A stretch of 64,000 nucleotides of DNA from Scyliorhinus canicula (GCF_902713615.1 NC_052170.1:4588001-4652000), one strand, 5' to 3'. Shown: positions 27,013-39,620, counted from the first letter of the stretch. Numbers and translations are program-made. Notes: generated by a model from the letters alone, not told the origin.

Positions 27013-27114
27013 TGTGCAAACTCCACACGGACAGTGACCCAGAGCCGGGATCGAACCAGGGACCTTGGTTCCGGTGAGACTGCAGTGCTAACCCACTGCG
27101 CCACCGTGCTGCCC
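27013..27114 (-). mobile_element. Head-only SINE with 15-bp TSD
   Basis: Flanked by gggattcctagagta at 26998-27012 and 27115-27129. Confidence 0.85.
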
Positions 27115-27244
27115 GGGATTCCTAGAGTAGGCATTTAGCATAGAAAAGCTCATCTCTAATTATTTTAAGAAATTGGAGGTAGTCATCTTTTATCGATCCC
27201 AATGACCCAATATAGCAGCGATCAAAGAAGCACGGTGCAGGAAA

Positions 27245-27425
27245 TCATAGAATTTACTGTGCAGAAGGAGGCCATTCAACCCATCGAGTCTGCACCGGCC
27301 CTCTGAAAGAGCGCCCTACTTAAACCCACACCTCCACTCTATCCCCGTAACCCCACCTAACTTTTTTGGACACGAGGGGGCAATTTAGCGTGGCCAATCC
27401 ACCTAAACTTTGGACTGTGGGAGGC
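27245..27425 (-). mobile_element. HE1-like SINE, 3' part
   Basis: Tail catagaatttactgtgcagaaggaggccatt and core gcaatttagcgtggccaatccacc. Confidence 0.85.
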
Positions 27426-27465
27426 CAGATTTTGGGTGGTGGTGGGGGGAGCCGTTTGGCATAGT

Positions 27466-27788
27466 GGGTAGCATGGTGGTTAGCATAAATGCTTCACAGC
27501 TCCAGGGTCCCAGGTTCGATTCCCGGCTGGGTCACTCTGTTCGGAGTCTGCACGTCCTCCCCGTGTGTGCGTGGGTTTCCCCCGGGTGCTCCGGTTTCCT
27601 CCCACAGTCCAAAGATGTGCGGGTTAGGTGGATTGGACATGCTAAATTGCCCGTAGTGTCCTAAAAAGTAAGGTTAAGGGGGGGTTGGGTTACGGGTATA
27701 GGGTGGGTTTGAGTAGGGTGATCATTGCTCGGCACAACATTGAGGGCCGAAGGGCCTGTTCTGTGCTGTACTGTTCTATGTTCTATGA
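27466..27788 (+). mobile_element. HE1-like SINE (type A, young)
   Basis: Complete head, core and (ttctatg)n tail. Near-identical to the reverse complement of 62951-63297. Confidence 0.92.
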
Positions 27789-27892
27789 TTAGTCTAGCAT
27801 TCTTGTAAACCAAGCCTTTTTGCTGTGTTTGGATGTGAGCAGCAGTGTGGATTTTTTGATTTTTATCATTGTCCGTCTTTTTTGTTTTCTAG

Positions 27893-30299
27893 AGTCTGCT
27901 CCACAATCGAAGCACCCTAGTTTGGAAGTGAACAAGGCCAGCAATGCCGAGAGGCCGACCAAACCAAAGCAGGTGAAGGATTCTGTGCTGCCTCCTGTTG
28001 AGCAGAAGAAGTCGAATGCAAGGCGAATGAGGCAGATCGCCAAAGTGCCTGTCAAATCTGAACCGTGGGTTCAGCAAAGTACCCCCCCTTCAAAGGATTT
28101 GATCTGCCGCCCCCTCAAACAATCGACAGAATCCTCTAAGATAAATGTGGAGATGCCATCCCCGCCAGATGAGGGTTTGCTGCCTTCCAGGGAACCTCCT
28201 TCGGAAAGTGACCTCGGGGAAACCAGCAATGCAGGACAGGCTGGACTTGAAGCCTCTCCGAGGCCCACTGATGAAATTCTGAATGAAAATATTCCCCTCC
28301 AGAATCCCCAGGGTCCTCCAATTATTGGAGAAGTTCCATCTCCCCAGGGAGCACAAACCGCCCCTTGCCACAGCACCACACGTACTCCAGTGGCAGAGGA
28401 AAAGTTGGAGGATGAAAGGGTCGAAGAAAACTCTTGCAGTCTCCCCCTCCCACAATTGACAAAATCGTCTGAAGTAAATGTGGAGACGCAATCCCTGACA
28501 AATGAGGGATTAGCGCCTTCCAGGAAATCTCTTTTGGAAAGTGGCAGTGCAGGGACAGACTGGACTTGAAGCCTCTCCAGTGAGGCCTACTGAAGTACCG
28601 GCCCTGGCAGCAAAAGAGGAAACTCCGAATCAAACCGTTGCAGACAAGAATCCCCTGGGTTACCTGACAATTGGAAGAGTTCCTTCTCCGCAGGGAGTGC
28701 AAGCTGCCCCTTGCCATGGCAACACGCATACTTCAGTTGAAGAGGAAAAGTTGAAGGATGCAGGGGTTGAAGCAAACTCTTGCACGGCGGAATGTGGAGC
28801 AGCTGAAAATGAAGGCGAGGTGGGTTCTGCCACGTCACCTAGTCCATTAAATGGAGAAAATAAGGGGGGTCCAAGTGGTGGCTGGACGACGGAAGTTGAT
28901 TTGGGCTCAAACAAAGTGCAAAATGAGGCACGTGTTAATGATCGAAATGAGTATTGTGGAACACGTATGTATTTAAACACCCTGAATGCTGACCAGGTCC
29001 ATGTGGGTGGTAGTATTAACGGAGAGATGGAATTGAATAATGTCAATGTGCAACCCAGAGACTTGCCTCAATCCAGTTCACCAAGTTCGTCTCTGAATGG
29101 TGCCAGAGTTGGTTGTGTATCTGTAATCAATGATGGCAATGTTATCCCTGTGCCAATGGCAGAGAGCCAGGTAGATCTCAAAGAGCCTACTTTGGGAAGT
29201 TGCCTTGAGAGTTCCCCAGAGACTGATTGTAACATCTCTAAAGTTAAGCTAACAATGTACCAGTATTCTGAAGAGGCAGATACTGAAGACTCTCCTAATG
29301 AGCTTTGCCCAGAACCACTCCAGAGTCCTGAAGACAAGCCTGTCCCTGAACCCAAGAGCCTCCCAGCAACGTGCAAGATGGAGGATAGTGTTGGAAACAG
29401 GCCCTCTGAAGACAAACCTGGCATTTCACCTGAGGATTCACCTGAAGATCAAGGGGTTTCCAAGTCCAGCACTCTTAGTGGACATGACTTGGCGGGGAAA
29501 AACAGCAGTAGCACCAGCACTCCTGAAGAGCTGAAGGATTATGACAGTAGCTCGGGGGTAGAGTCCAAGTCTGATGAGAAACCGGAATCGGCCAATCTGT
29601 TTATTTATCGGACTGAACTGAGCCCTCAGGATGACCTCTTGGATCAGGATTTGGGGATTCACTTGGAAAGGGGTGATGAAGATCCAGAAACACTGGCAGC
29701 AGATGATCTGCACGGTGATCCTCCAACCGAGCCCATGGTGTCTTCAGAGGATGAAGAGCACTCTGAGGAAGATTGCCCAGGCGTGAACAAACCCATCCAA
29801 TGTGGACTGGAAGGGATTGACAACCCAGTGTTTGAAGATAAAACCACAAGTGATTCGAATTTGGAAGTGCAGACTCAATGTGTGGTCAAACCCTCAACTC
29901 TGCATGCCTTGGATGAGAATGAAGAGCTTGTACCAACCAAGACTCCCCTTTCCCTTGAACACGGTTACACCGCGCCTGATTCCCTTGCTCCCCAAAGGTG
30001 CTTGTTGTCAGGTGCTGGATTTTCAGAGGATCCTACTTGTGACCAGACCCTTGTGTTTGGCCTTCAGCCCTGTGAGCCTCCGGTAAGCGTATCCACTCCA
30101 TGTCCCCATCTTCCTCCAACCAAAAGCTCAACGGACTCTGTCCCTGGAGTGACTCTCTCTCTACACCATGTGCCGGGTGTAGACTGGCTTTGTGGGAACT
30201 TTATTAATCTCCAAAGGTTGAATGATCCTCCCATTGATGCAAATGGAGGTCACATGCAGCAGCAGAACTACTCTGCTTGTGAAAAGAATGGAAGTACAG
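27893..30299 (+). CDS. PRR36: PRR36-like protein, large coding exon 4 (Pro/Ser/Glu-rich; apparent +1 frameshift at 28552-28554)
   Basis: Acceptor ttttgttttctag at 27892, donor CAG|gtaatg at 30300. Made of overlapping ORFs 27820..28569 and 28541..30310. Contains SSTLSGHDLAGKNSSSTSTPEELKDYDSS, which I recall as conserved in PRR36/KIAA1107. Confidence 0.85.
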
Positions 30300-31688
30300 G
30301 TAATGTATAAATGCTCATTGTCTAACGATAAACCTACCCCTGGGTGAAGTCGGCTTAACGTTATATTGGATTCAAGTCGTGGGGGGGGGGGTCAATTTGA
30401 TGTATTGGATTTATGAGCCCTAGTGGGGATTGTGCAGCAGAACTATTCTGCACTGTGTGTGGGTCTTTATTATCCAATGAATTTTGTGCCACTACAGGTT
30501 GGGTTTTTTTGTTGCAAGAATGAATCTTTTCTTCCTTTGACTGACTTTTTTTTTTTTTGTTGTAACATTTTTGGAGCTGGCCATTTCTTCTTGGTGGTCT
30601 TTACATTGGGAGCAGTACCTTGTCGTGGGGGTGACTCCAACCGCTCCTCCAATCAACCCCCCCCATGTACTTGTAATGGGACTGAAGCAAGTGGTTGAAA
30701 TGCCAGTTCGAATGTATTTCTAAATGTATAACACTTTAGCCACTGATATGAGCTGTCACTTATAATAAATTTTGGTTTTGAACTGAAGATATGCAATCTG
30801 GCCGTTTCTTTTTTTGTGAAATGATGTACGTGACAATGCAGCTTTTCTGAATAGTAGTGGCCAAAATATTGAAACACTCCAAATATTGCTTCATTTCCCC
30901 CCTGAAAAGATTGTTCCAAGGAAGCTCCTGTTGCACCATGTTAGCATGTTTCATCGTGATTTCAATTTTTTAAAACCATTCCTGACGTTATAATCCTGCC
31001 TCCCCCTCCCTTTTTTATAAAAATAAATTGAATGAATTTGGTTCTAGGGGTTGCAATTGCACTCTCTGGAAAATCCATGGCGGTACTGAGGTGTGGCAGT
31101 GTGATCAAATGGAATAAACACTTGTACCATGACTATTGTGTCTTCCCCCATGTTTAACATTTCCTCCGGAATAGATCTGTGTCTAATCCATGTCGTCTGT
31201 CAACAGCAAATGTCACATCACACACGACCTGACTCTCCAAATCCAAAATAAACCATTTGTTCTCTGTTTTGGAGCTGAAGATGCTGCTCGATTGGAAACC
31301 ATTAAATGAGCAAAGCCACTGTCACTTGACTGAAAGTTGTTTTTGTTCTTAAAAAGGTGAAAAGTGAACACGTGGGACTTCCCAAACATTTAACCCTCTT
31401 CTTGAGGTCTGACCATCCTCAAAAAAAAACCAAGCAGCTTTTGTTCAATTTCACACTTGTTGTCATGACGTTGTCCCATTTTCATATCTGCATGGAGTTG
31501 TGGTCACCCCCTGTCTTGTGGGCTGTGCAAAGACTAAATATATGTGATTAATAGAACTGGCTGAAGTTTTAACATGACCTGAATTGACAGTTACATTTGA
31601 CTGACTTAGCAAAGACATGTGGTCTCGCTATTTTCAGTCCGTCTGTCAATTGCACAGCAGGAGATGCATAAAACTTGCCTATACCTAT

Positions 31689-34600
31689 TTTTAAAAAAAT
31701 AATTTTTATTCAAATTTTTCAACAAATTTTCTCAACAATAAAGTAAACAAGGTGGAGAAATAAACAAAGAGAAATCCCCCCCCCCGGGCTGCTGCTGAGA
31801 TTGACCACCCACTAACCCTCCGCCAGAAGATTGAGAAAGGGCTGCCACTGCTGGAAGAACCCTTGTACTGACCCCCTCAGGGCAAACTTGACCCTCTCCA
31901 GCCTGATGAACCCGGCCATGTCATTGATCCAGGCCCCCGGGCTCGGGAGCTTCGCGTCCCTCCACTAAGAATCCTATGCTGGGCTACTAGAGATGCAAAG
32001 GCCAGGGTACCGGCCTCTCTCTCCTCCTGCAGTCCCGGCTCCGATGCTACCCCAAAGATCGCGAGCCCCCAGCCCGGCTCCACCCTGGAACCGACCACCT
32101 TGGACAAAGTCCCCGCCACCCCCTTCCAAAACTCCTCCAACGCCGGATACGCCCAGAACATGTGGGTGTGATTCGCCGGGCCTCCCGAACACCTCCCACA
32201 CCTGTCTCCTCTTTCCCCCCCCCCCCCAAAAGAACTGGCTCATCCTGGCCCCAGTCATGTGCGCCCTATGCAGCACCTTCAGCTGAATTAAGCTGAGCCG
32301 TGCGCAAGAAGAGGACGAGTTCACCCTCCCCAGGGCATCCGCCCACGTCCCATCGTCAATCTCTTCCCCTAGCTCCTCCTCCCACTTCGCTCTCAGCTCC
32401 TCCACCGAGGCCTCCTCCTCTTCCTGCACCATCTGATAAATCACCGAGATCCTCCCCCTCACCCACCCACGTCCCCGAGAGCACCCTATCCTGCACCCCC
32501 CCTAGGGGCAGCAATGGGAACTCCGCCACCTGCCGCTTAACAAACGCCCTAATCTGCATATACCTGAAAGCATTCCCAGGGGGAGGCCCCACTTCCCCAC
32601 TTCCCCTCCAACTCCTCAAGTCGCAAACTTCCCATCGAGGAAGAGGTCCCCCATCCGCCTGATGCCTGCCCTGTGCCAACTCAAAAACCCACCATCCATT
32701 CTCCCTGGTGCAAACCGGTGATTGCCCCATATCAGGTCCCAGACTGAGGCCTTCACTTCCGCCTCCACTGCCCCCAAATTTTGAGGGACGCCACCACTAC
32801 CGAACTCATAGAATACCTTGCCGGGGGGGAGTGGGGCTGTCACCAATGCCTCCAAACTCGTACCCACACAGGACGCCACCTCCTACCTTGTCCATGCGGC
32901 ACCCTCCCCCTCCATCACCCACCTACGAATCATTGACACATTCGCAGCCCAGAAGTTGGGCAACGCCAAGCCGCCTACCTCCCTCGCTCCAGGAATACAC
33001 TCCTCACACTCGGTCTTCTGTGACCACACGAACTCCAGAATACTCTTTATTAACCCTCTTTTTAAAAAGAGCCTTCGGAATCAATATGGGGAGGCACTGG
33101 AAAAGAAACAAAACTCAGGAGCACCGTCATCTTAACCGACTGGACCCTACCTGCCAAAGAATGGCAGTGTGTCCCACCTCCTAAACTCCTCCTCCATCTG
33201 TTCCACCAGCCTCTCAAAGTTTAGCCTATGCAGGGCCCTCCTAGCTATCTGGACCCCTAGATATCTAAAGCTCCTCTCCACCCTCTTCAACTGGAGCTCC
33301 CCTATCTCCCTCTCCTGCTCTCCCAAGTGTAGCACAAACAGCTCACTCTTCCCCACGTTGAGCTTATAGCCCGAAAACTCCCCAAGTATCTTGAACACTT
33401 CTGGCATCCGCCGCATCCACCACGTACAACAGTAAATGAAATGAAAATCACTTCAATGAAGTTACTGTGAAAAGCCCCTAGTCGCCACATTCCAGCGCCT
33501 GTCCTGGGAGGCTGGTACGGGAATCGAACCATGCTGCTGGCCTGCTTGGTCTGCTTTAAAAGCCAGCGATTTAGCTAAGTGAGCTAAACCAGCCCCATCT
33601 GCGTACAGCGACAACCGGTGCTCCCCCTGCACAATCCCCCTCCAGTTCTTCGAATCACTGAGCGCCATGGCCAAGGGCTCAATCGCTAACGCGAAGAGCA
33701 GGGGAGACGAGGGGCACCCCGCCTTGTCCCCCGGGAAAGCCGAAAGCCCTCTGACCTCCTCCCATTCGTCACCACACTCGCTACCGGGGAGCTATACAGC
33801 AACCTCACCCAGCTGATGAATCCCTCACCAAACCCAAATCTCCTCAGCACTTCCCACAGGTAGCTCCACTCCACCCTGTCAAAAGCTTTCTCCGCATCCA
33901 TCGATGCTACTATTTCTGCCTCCCCAGACGCCGACGCCATCATAACATTAAGAAGCCGCCGTACATTGACATTCAGCTGCCTCCCCTTCACAAACCCCGT
34001 TTGGTCCTCATGGATAACCATCGGGACAACATCTTCCACCCTTCTGGACAGTACCTAAGCCAACAACTTTGCATCCACGTTACGGAGCGAAATCGGCCTG
34101 TCAGACCCACACTGGAGGGGGTCCTTATCCCGCTTCAGGTTCAGTGAGATTATTGCTCTAGACATCGTCAGGGGCAGAGCCCCCCCTCACTCACCTCATT
34201 CAGGGTCCTCGCAAGCAGCAGGCCCAGCAGATCTGAGAAGTTATAAAACTCCACTGGGGTCCCGGTGCTTTCCCTGTCTGCATGCTCTCCAGCGCCTCCA
34301 TCAGCTCCTCCAACTCGATTGGGGCCCCCAGACCCTCCACCCGCTCATCCTCTACTCTTGGGAACTCCAGCCCATCCAGAAAGCGTTCCATCCCGCCCAC
34401 CTCCCTAGGAGGCACCGACCGGTACAGCCCCTCGTAAAAGGATCTGAACACCCCATTGATGTCCCTGCCACCCCGCACCAAGTTCCCTCCTGCATCTGTG
34501 ACTCCCCCTATCTCTCTCGCTGCCTTCGGAGCTGGTGGGCCAACATCCGACTTGCCTTCTCCCCGTACTCATATACCGCCCCATGCGCCCTCCTCCACTG

Positions 34601-37268
34601 CGCCTCCGCCTTCCGGGTGGTCAGTATATCAAACTCTGCTTGGAGACTGCGACGCTTCCTCAAAAGCCCCTCCTCTGGGATATCCGCATACCTCCTGTCC
34701 ACCCTTACCATTTCTTCCACCAGCCTCTCCCTCTCAACCCTCTTTTCCCCCTCTCCCTGTACGCCCGAATGGATATCAACTCCCCTCTAACCACTACCTT
34801 CAGCGCTTCCCAAACCACCCCCACCTGCACCTCCCCTGTTATCATTGGCTACCAAATACCCCTCTATACCCCTACAGACCCCCCCACATACTTCCTCCTC
34901 TGCCAGAAGCCCCACATGAAATGAAAATGAAATGAAATGAAACCTCTAAACCTCTAAACATCTAACCCCCACAGCGGGCGCTGATCCTTCCCACTCCTCC
35001 AGGTCCACCAAATGCGGAGCGTGGTCAGATATGGCTATCGCCAAATACTCCGCCCCCACCACTCTCGGGATTAGCGCCCTGCTGAGAACCAAAAAAGTCA
35101 ATCCGGGAATAAGCCTTGTGGACATGGGAGAAGAAGGAGAACTCCCTACCCCCCGGCTTCAAGAACCTCCAAGGGTCTACCCCTCCCATCTGATCCATGA
35201 ACCCCCTCAGCACTGAGGCTGCCGCCGGCCTCTTACCCGTCCTCGACTTCGAACGATCCAGAGCCGGATCCAGCACCGTATTAAAGTCCCCTCCCAAAAT
35301 CAAACCCCCCCCTCCCCACCCCGTCTCCAGGTCCGGGATCCGGCTCAACATTCGCCGCACGAAGCCCGCATCGCCCCAGTTGGGGGCGTACACATTGACC
35401 AGAAGCACCCGCTCCCCCTGAAGCCTACCACTCACCATTACGTATCTACCTGCACTGTCCGCCACCACACTCGATGCAACAAACTACAAGCTCTTGCCAA
35501 CTAAGATCGCCACCCCTCGATTCTTCGCATCCAGCCCCGAGTGAAACACCTGCCCCACCCAGCCTCTTCTCAGCCTCACCTGATCCTCCACCTTAAGGTG
35601 CGTCTCCTGGAGCATAGCCACGTCCGCTCCCAGCCCCTTCAGGTGTGCCAAGACCCAGGACCGCTTCACCGGTCCATTCAGCCCCCTCGCGTTCCATGTG
35701 ACCAGCTGAATCTGGGGGGTCTTCCTCCTCCCTCTGCGCCAGGCCGGTCAGCCATAGCTCTCCCTCGGCTCACCACGTGCCCAGAGAACCCCCCAGGCCC
35801 GTTCCCCACGGTGGCAAACCCCCTCCCCCTTCACTAGCCATTCCCCTCCGGCCCCTGCAGCAGCAAGCCGGTTTACCTGCCACCCCCCCCCCCCCCCCCA
35901 GCTGCGTAACCCCTTCCATTGTACTTTCATAAGTCAGCTGACCCCGGCTGCTCCCGCCATCCCAATGACCCCCCCCTCCCCTCGGATGCAACACACCCAC
36001 CATTCCCCCCTCCCAGTGCCGGCCCCGGCCACTACCCCTCCAGCACTGGAAGAAAGCCTGTGCTTCCATCCCAAACCCCGCCCCCCCCGACCCAGCACGT
36101 GGGGGAAAAGGCAGGCACATGACCCAGCGGGACCATGAACATCCACCCCTCCAGCAGTGAAAAATGAAAAAGCACCCAAGTAAATAACTAACAGCCCCAA
36201 AAAGCAGAACAGCAAAAAGGCAACATCAAACACAGCCAATAAAAATGAAAGGATACCAAGGAGGACAGAGCCTCCGGACTATGTACATCATTCCCCAGCC
36301 CTCAGTTTGAATCCAACTTCTCTGCCTGAACAAGGCCCAGGCCTCCTCCGGAGAATCAAAGTAGAGCTGGCGGTCCTTGTAAGTGACCCAGAGGCGATCC
36401 GGCTGTAGCAGGCCAAACTTCACCAACCTTCCTGTGAAGTACTCCCTTCACCCGATTGAAACCAGCCCTTCTCTTCGCCACCTCCGCGCTCCAGTCCTGA
36501 TAGATCCTGATCTCTGCGTTCTCCCATCTGCTGCTCCTTTCCTTCTTCACCCATCTCAGCACGCACTCACGGTCAACGAAGCGGACCAGCACTGCCCTAG
36601 GCGGCTCGTTCGGCCTGGGCTTCCTCAACAGCATTCGATGGGCCCCCTCCAGCTCCAGGGGTCCTTGGAACGACCCTGCGCCCATTAACAAGTTCAACAT
36701 CACAACCACGTAGGCCCCCAAATCTGAACCTTCCAGCCCCTCCGAGAGGCCCAGAATCCGCAGGTTCTTTCCGACGGGAGCGGTTCTCCATCTCCTCCAT
36801 CCTTGCCAGCCATTTATTGTGAAGCGCCTCGTGCGACTCCACCTTCACTGCCAGGCCCAGGAGTTCGTCCTCGCTCTCCAAGGCCTTTTGCAGTAGCTCT
36901 CGGATCTCCGCACCCTGAGCTGTCTGAGCCGCCATGAGCTTGTCCAGCGAGGCCTTAAACGGTTCCAGAATCTCAGCCTTCAGCTCTCTGAAGCAGCGAT
37001 GGAGCAGCTCCTGCACCCACGCTGCTGGTTCCCCGCCCATCGCCATCTTGTTCTTCCTGCCTCGCACCTTTCTCTGCTCCAAAGCCGATTTTTTGACCGC
37101 TCCGCTCCTGGTCCAGTCCATCCACTGGCAGATAAGCACAGTGGGTGTTCCCACCCGGGGAAAAGTCCAACCAGCACCGCTGCGGGCCCTTAAAAGAGCC
37201 CAGAAGACCAGAAATAGCGGGAGCTACCGAACGTGCGGCTTAGCTCCGCATCACTGCAACCGGAAGTC
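31689..37268 (-). mobile_element. Full-length, decayed L1-clade LINE (ORF1 + APE/RT ORF2) in the last PRR36 intron
   Basis: 19-bp TSD aaaacttgcctatacctat (31670-31688 and 37269-37287). 5' end GACTTCCGG. ORF1 motifs ENRSRR, AHR...PRAVLVRF and IYQDWSAEV. Endonuclease motifs LQETH, NVYAPN, GGDFN and SRID. RT motifs DQTGFVKGR and DAEKAFDRVEW. AATAAA plus A-rich tail. Many frameshifts. Confidence 0.95.
33436..33596 (-). mobile_element. Short SINE (type D) nested in the L1 RT region
   Basis: Interrupts acagtaaat|catctg, which is contiguous in the sister L1 copy at about 43925-43937. Confidence 0.9.
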
Positions 37269-37514
37269 AAAACTTGCCTATACCTATAATCATTACCCCT
37301 TTTTTTGTGTTCAGTGTGTAGTTTGGGTGTATTCTATACTATTAATCAGATGTGCAGGAAATGCAAATGATCTAGTTTGTTAGAAACCGGATTGTGCTCG
37401 ACCATCTTCCATGTTGTAGTTGTAGATTTGCATGGAAAAATAAAAGGGGTTTTCTGCTTGAAACTTTTTCCCGAAACTTTTTTCCAAATCTTCAAGTGCT
37501 GTCAACTGTTGCAG

Positions 37515-37972
37515 GCCTCTTGAGTGAGGGTGATCAAACACCACAGACACCGGCTTGTGTGCCGTGGACGGCTCCCCTGCTGCCTCCTATCCTTTCAACC
37601 ATCTATGAAGTTGAAACGGCGGAGGAGACTAGGCTGGAGGATGTTGAGAGAGAGGAGGCTGGCAACCCAGCAGCAGACTGGCAGTGTCTTGAACTCATTG
37701 ACGATCCTGGTGAGAAGGTCCTGCACCTGCAGATTGAACCGGTGCAGGTGGTGCAGCAGTTGATCAACCAGACGCTGCTGCTCTCTGGAGACGGAGTCAA
37801 GTTGCAAAGCAAGGTAATGGTTGACCAGGCAGAACTGAGCAAATGGACAGACCTCATCTCGCCACTCGATGACTCCACGGCCAGTGTCACCTCCGTAACC
37901 AGCTATTCCCCGGAAGATATCTCCTCTTCCCAAGGGGAATGGACAGTGGTGGAGTTGGAGACTCACCATTAA
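37515..37972 (+). CDS. PRR36: PRR36-like protein, terminal coding exon (DUF4596-type C-terminus)
   Basis: Acceptor tgttgcag at 37514, phase 1. Encodes LSTIYEVE and ends AELSKWTDLISPLDDSTASVTSVTSYSPEDISSSQGEWTVVELETHH*. This matches my recollection of the PRR36 C-terminus better than that of KIAA1107. Confidence 0.9.
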
Positions 37973-39429
37973 CACGTGTGTGTGTGTGTGTGTGTGTACA
38001 CCGGTTTGTGCACTCTTGTCTCCATGGGCAGCAGTTAGAAATCAGATGGCCAACTTTTAATATTGAAGTCTTCTAGTGCTTTGGTTTTTAAATATTTCGG
38101 ATCACCTTGGGGGGGTTTTTGGTGGCGTACATGCCCAGGTTGCTTCAATATAAATGTCTTATTCGGAGTGGAACTTTTACAAAGTGAAAAAGGAAGTTTT
38201 AAAGGATGGAATCAACTCCAGTTTGTGTACGTTCGTCCAAATGGGGCCTGATTTCTCAATGGAAGGATATGCTTCGAGGTATAGCCCACAAGTCAGTGTG
38301 CATGTTTTCTTTTTGATGCCACTGGGGTTGAAGTGTCCTTTTAACGTAGTGAGTTATACAAGTATGCAGGGAATGCTTTACAAAGCAGCCTTTTATCGCA
38401 AGTTTTGCAGGATAATTATTTAAAAATTGTTCAAATTGTCGTATCATTGGTCTAATCTCCAGCTGCTTAGCTCTAGGATCAACTGGACACTAAATTGCAG
38501 CAGAATGTCCCTTGCCTGTCAGTGTTGGCTTGTTTTTGGCAACAATTTGCTTAAATCTGAACACTGCACTGTTGGATGGTCCAAACTGAACTGGCAATTC
38601 GCATGCTGCATTTGAGCTTATCGGTGACTTTTATCAGGTGTCAGTAACACTTTTTTAACATCCATTTACAGTTTCAATACTGTAACTGATCCTGAGATCT
38701 CTGATCTACCTATTAGCTGTAATGCTACCAATTTTCTGAACGTGGTGTGTTTTTTTTTAATGTCCTCCATCCATGAACAAGTTTATAAGCAGATGGTCTT
38801 ACTGCATAGTATCCAATCCAATATCCACACTATTGAAGGCGACTTTCAATCCAGTTGCCTATGTCCATATGAGAGAATGATTTGCTAGGATTACTGGTAA
38901 AAACACTTTCTAGGAAACATGTGTGCGAAGCATAATGCTTTAATAAAGCATAGTGGATTTCTGTATTTCAATTTCCACGCACCACTTGCATACTGGACTG
39001 GTAATTATAATTGGCTGAAAAATGATAGCACACAGACGATTGTCCCGCTCTCACATTTTAAACTGCCCTGCCGATTTAGATTTTCTGGCAGATGTTGTTG
39101 TGTTCCCCGAAGCAACTGTGTACAGATCACCTCTGAAATATTCCTGTTTAAAATTTACCAGGAATGTAGAAAAGTGCAGAATTTGGTTTGGATATTGCTC
39201 TGTAGGTCATCCGTTCGAACTTGATTCTAGAGATGGATTTGTTTACAGTAAAGGCAGCTGGTTAGTTTTTAAACTTGTTTTTTATTTGAGTATTGCCATT
39301 TTTAAACACCTAATCCATACGTAGCTCGTTGTATCGAATGGAACTGTTGCAATTATTTTACAGCTACAGCAGTGTTGCCAAGCCTTCAATGTTCTAGCTT
39401 ACTAAGTTAAATCTGAATAGTTTTTTCAT

Positions 39430-39620
39430 GAATTTAAAGTGCCCAATTCTCTCTTTTCCAATTAAGGGGCATGCCTACTCTGCACATCTTTTTGGGTTGT
39501 GGGGGGTGAGACCCATGAAGACACGGGGAGAATGTGCAAACTCCACACGGGCAGGGATCGCACCTGGGTCCTCGGTGCCGTGAGGTAGCAGTGCTAACCA
39601 CTGTGCCACCATGCCACCCT
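39430..39620 (-). mobile_element. tRNA-derived SINE (type B) within the predicted PRR36 3' UTR
   Basis: aatttaaagtgcccaatt...ccaattaaggggca...gcagtgctaaccactgtgccacc. Confidence 0.82.

Noticed and set aside
28711-28723. Near-perfect X-box TTGCCATGGCAAC inside exon 4
   Set aside because: It is explained by codons for PCHGN, is absent from the duplicate unit, and has no promoter context.
27820-30310. Two separate genes, or programmed frameshifting, for ORFs 27820..28569 and 28541..30310
   Set aside because: The internal duplicate shows a simple 1-nt insertion, and there is no slippery heptamer or credible independent start.
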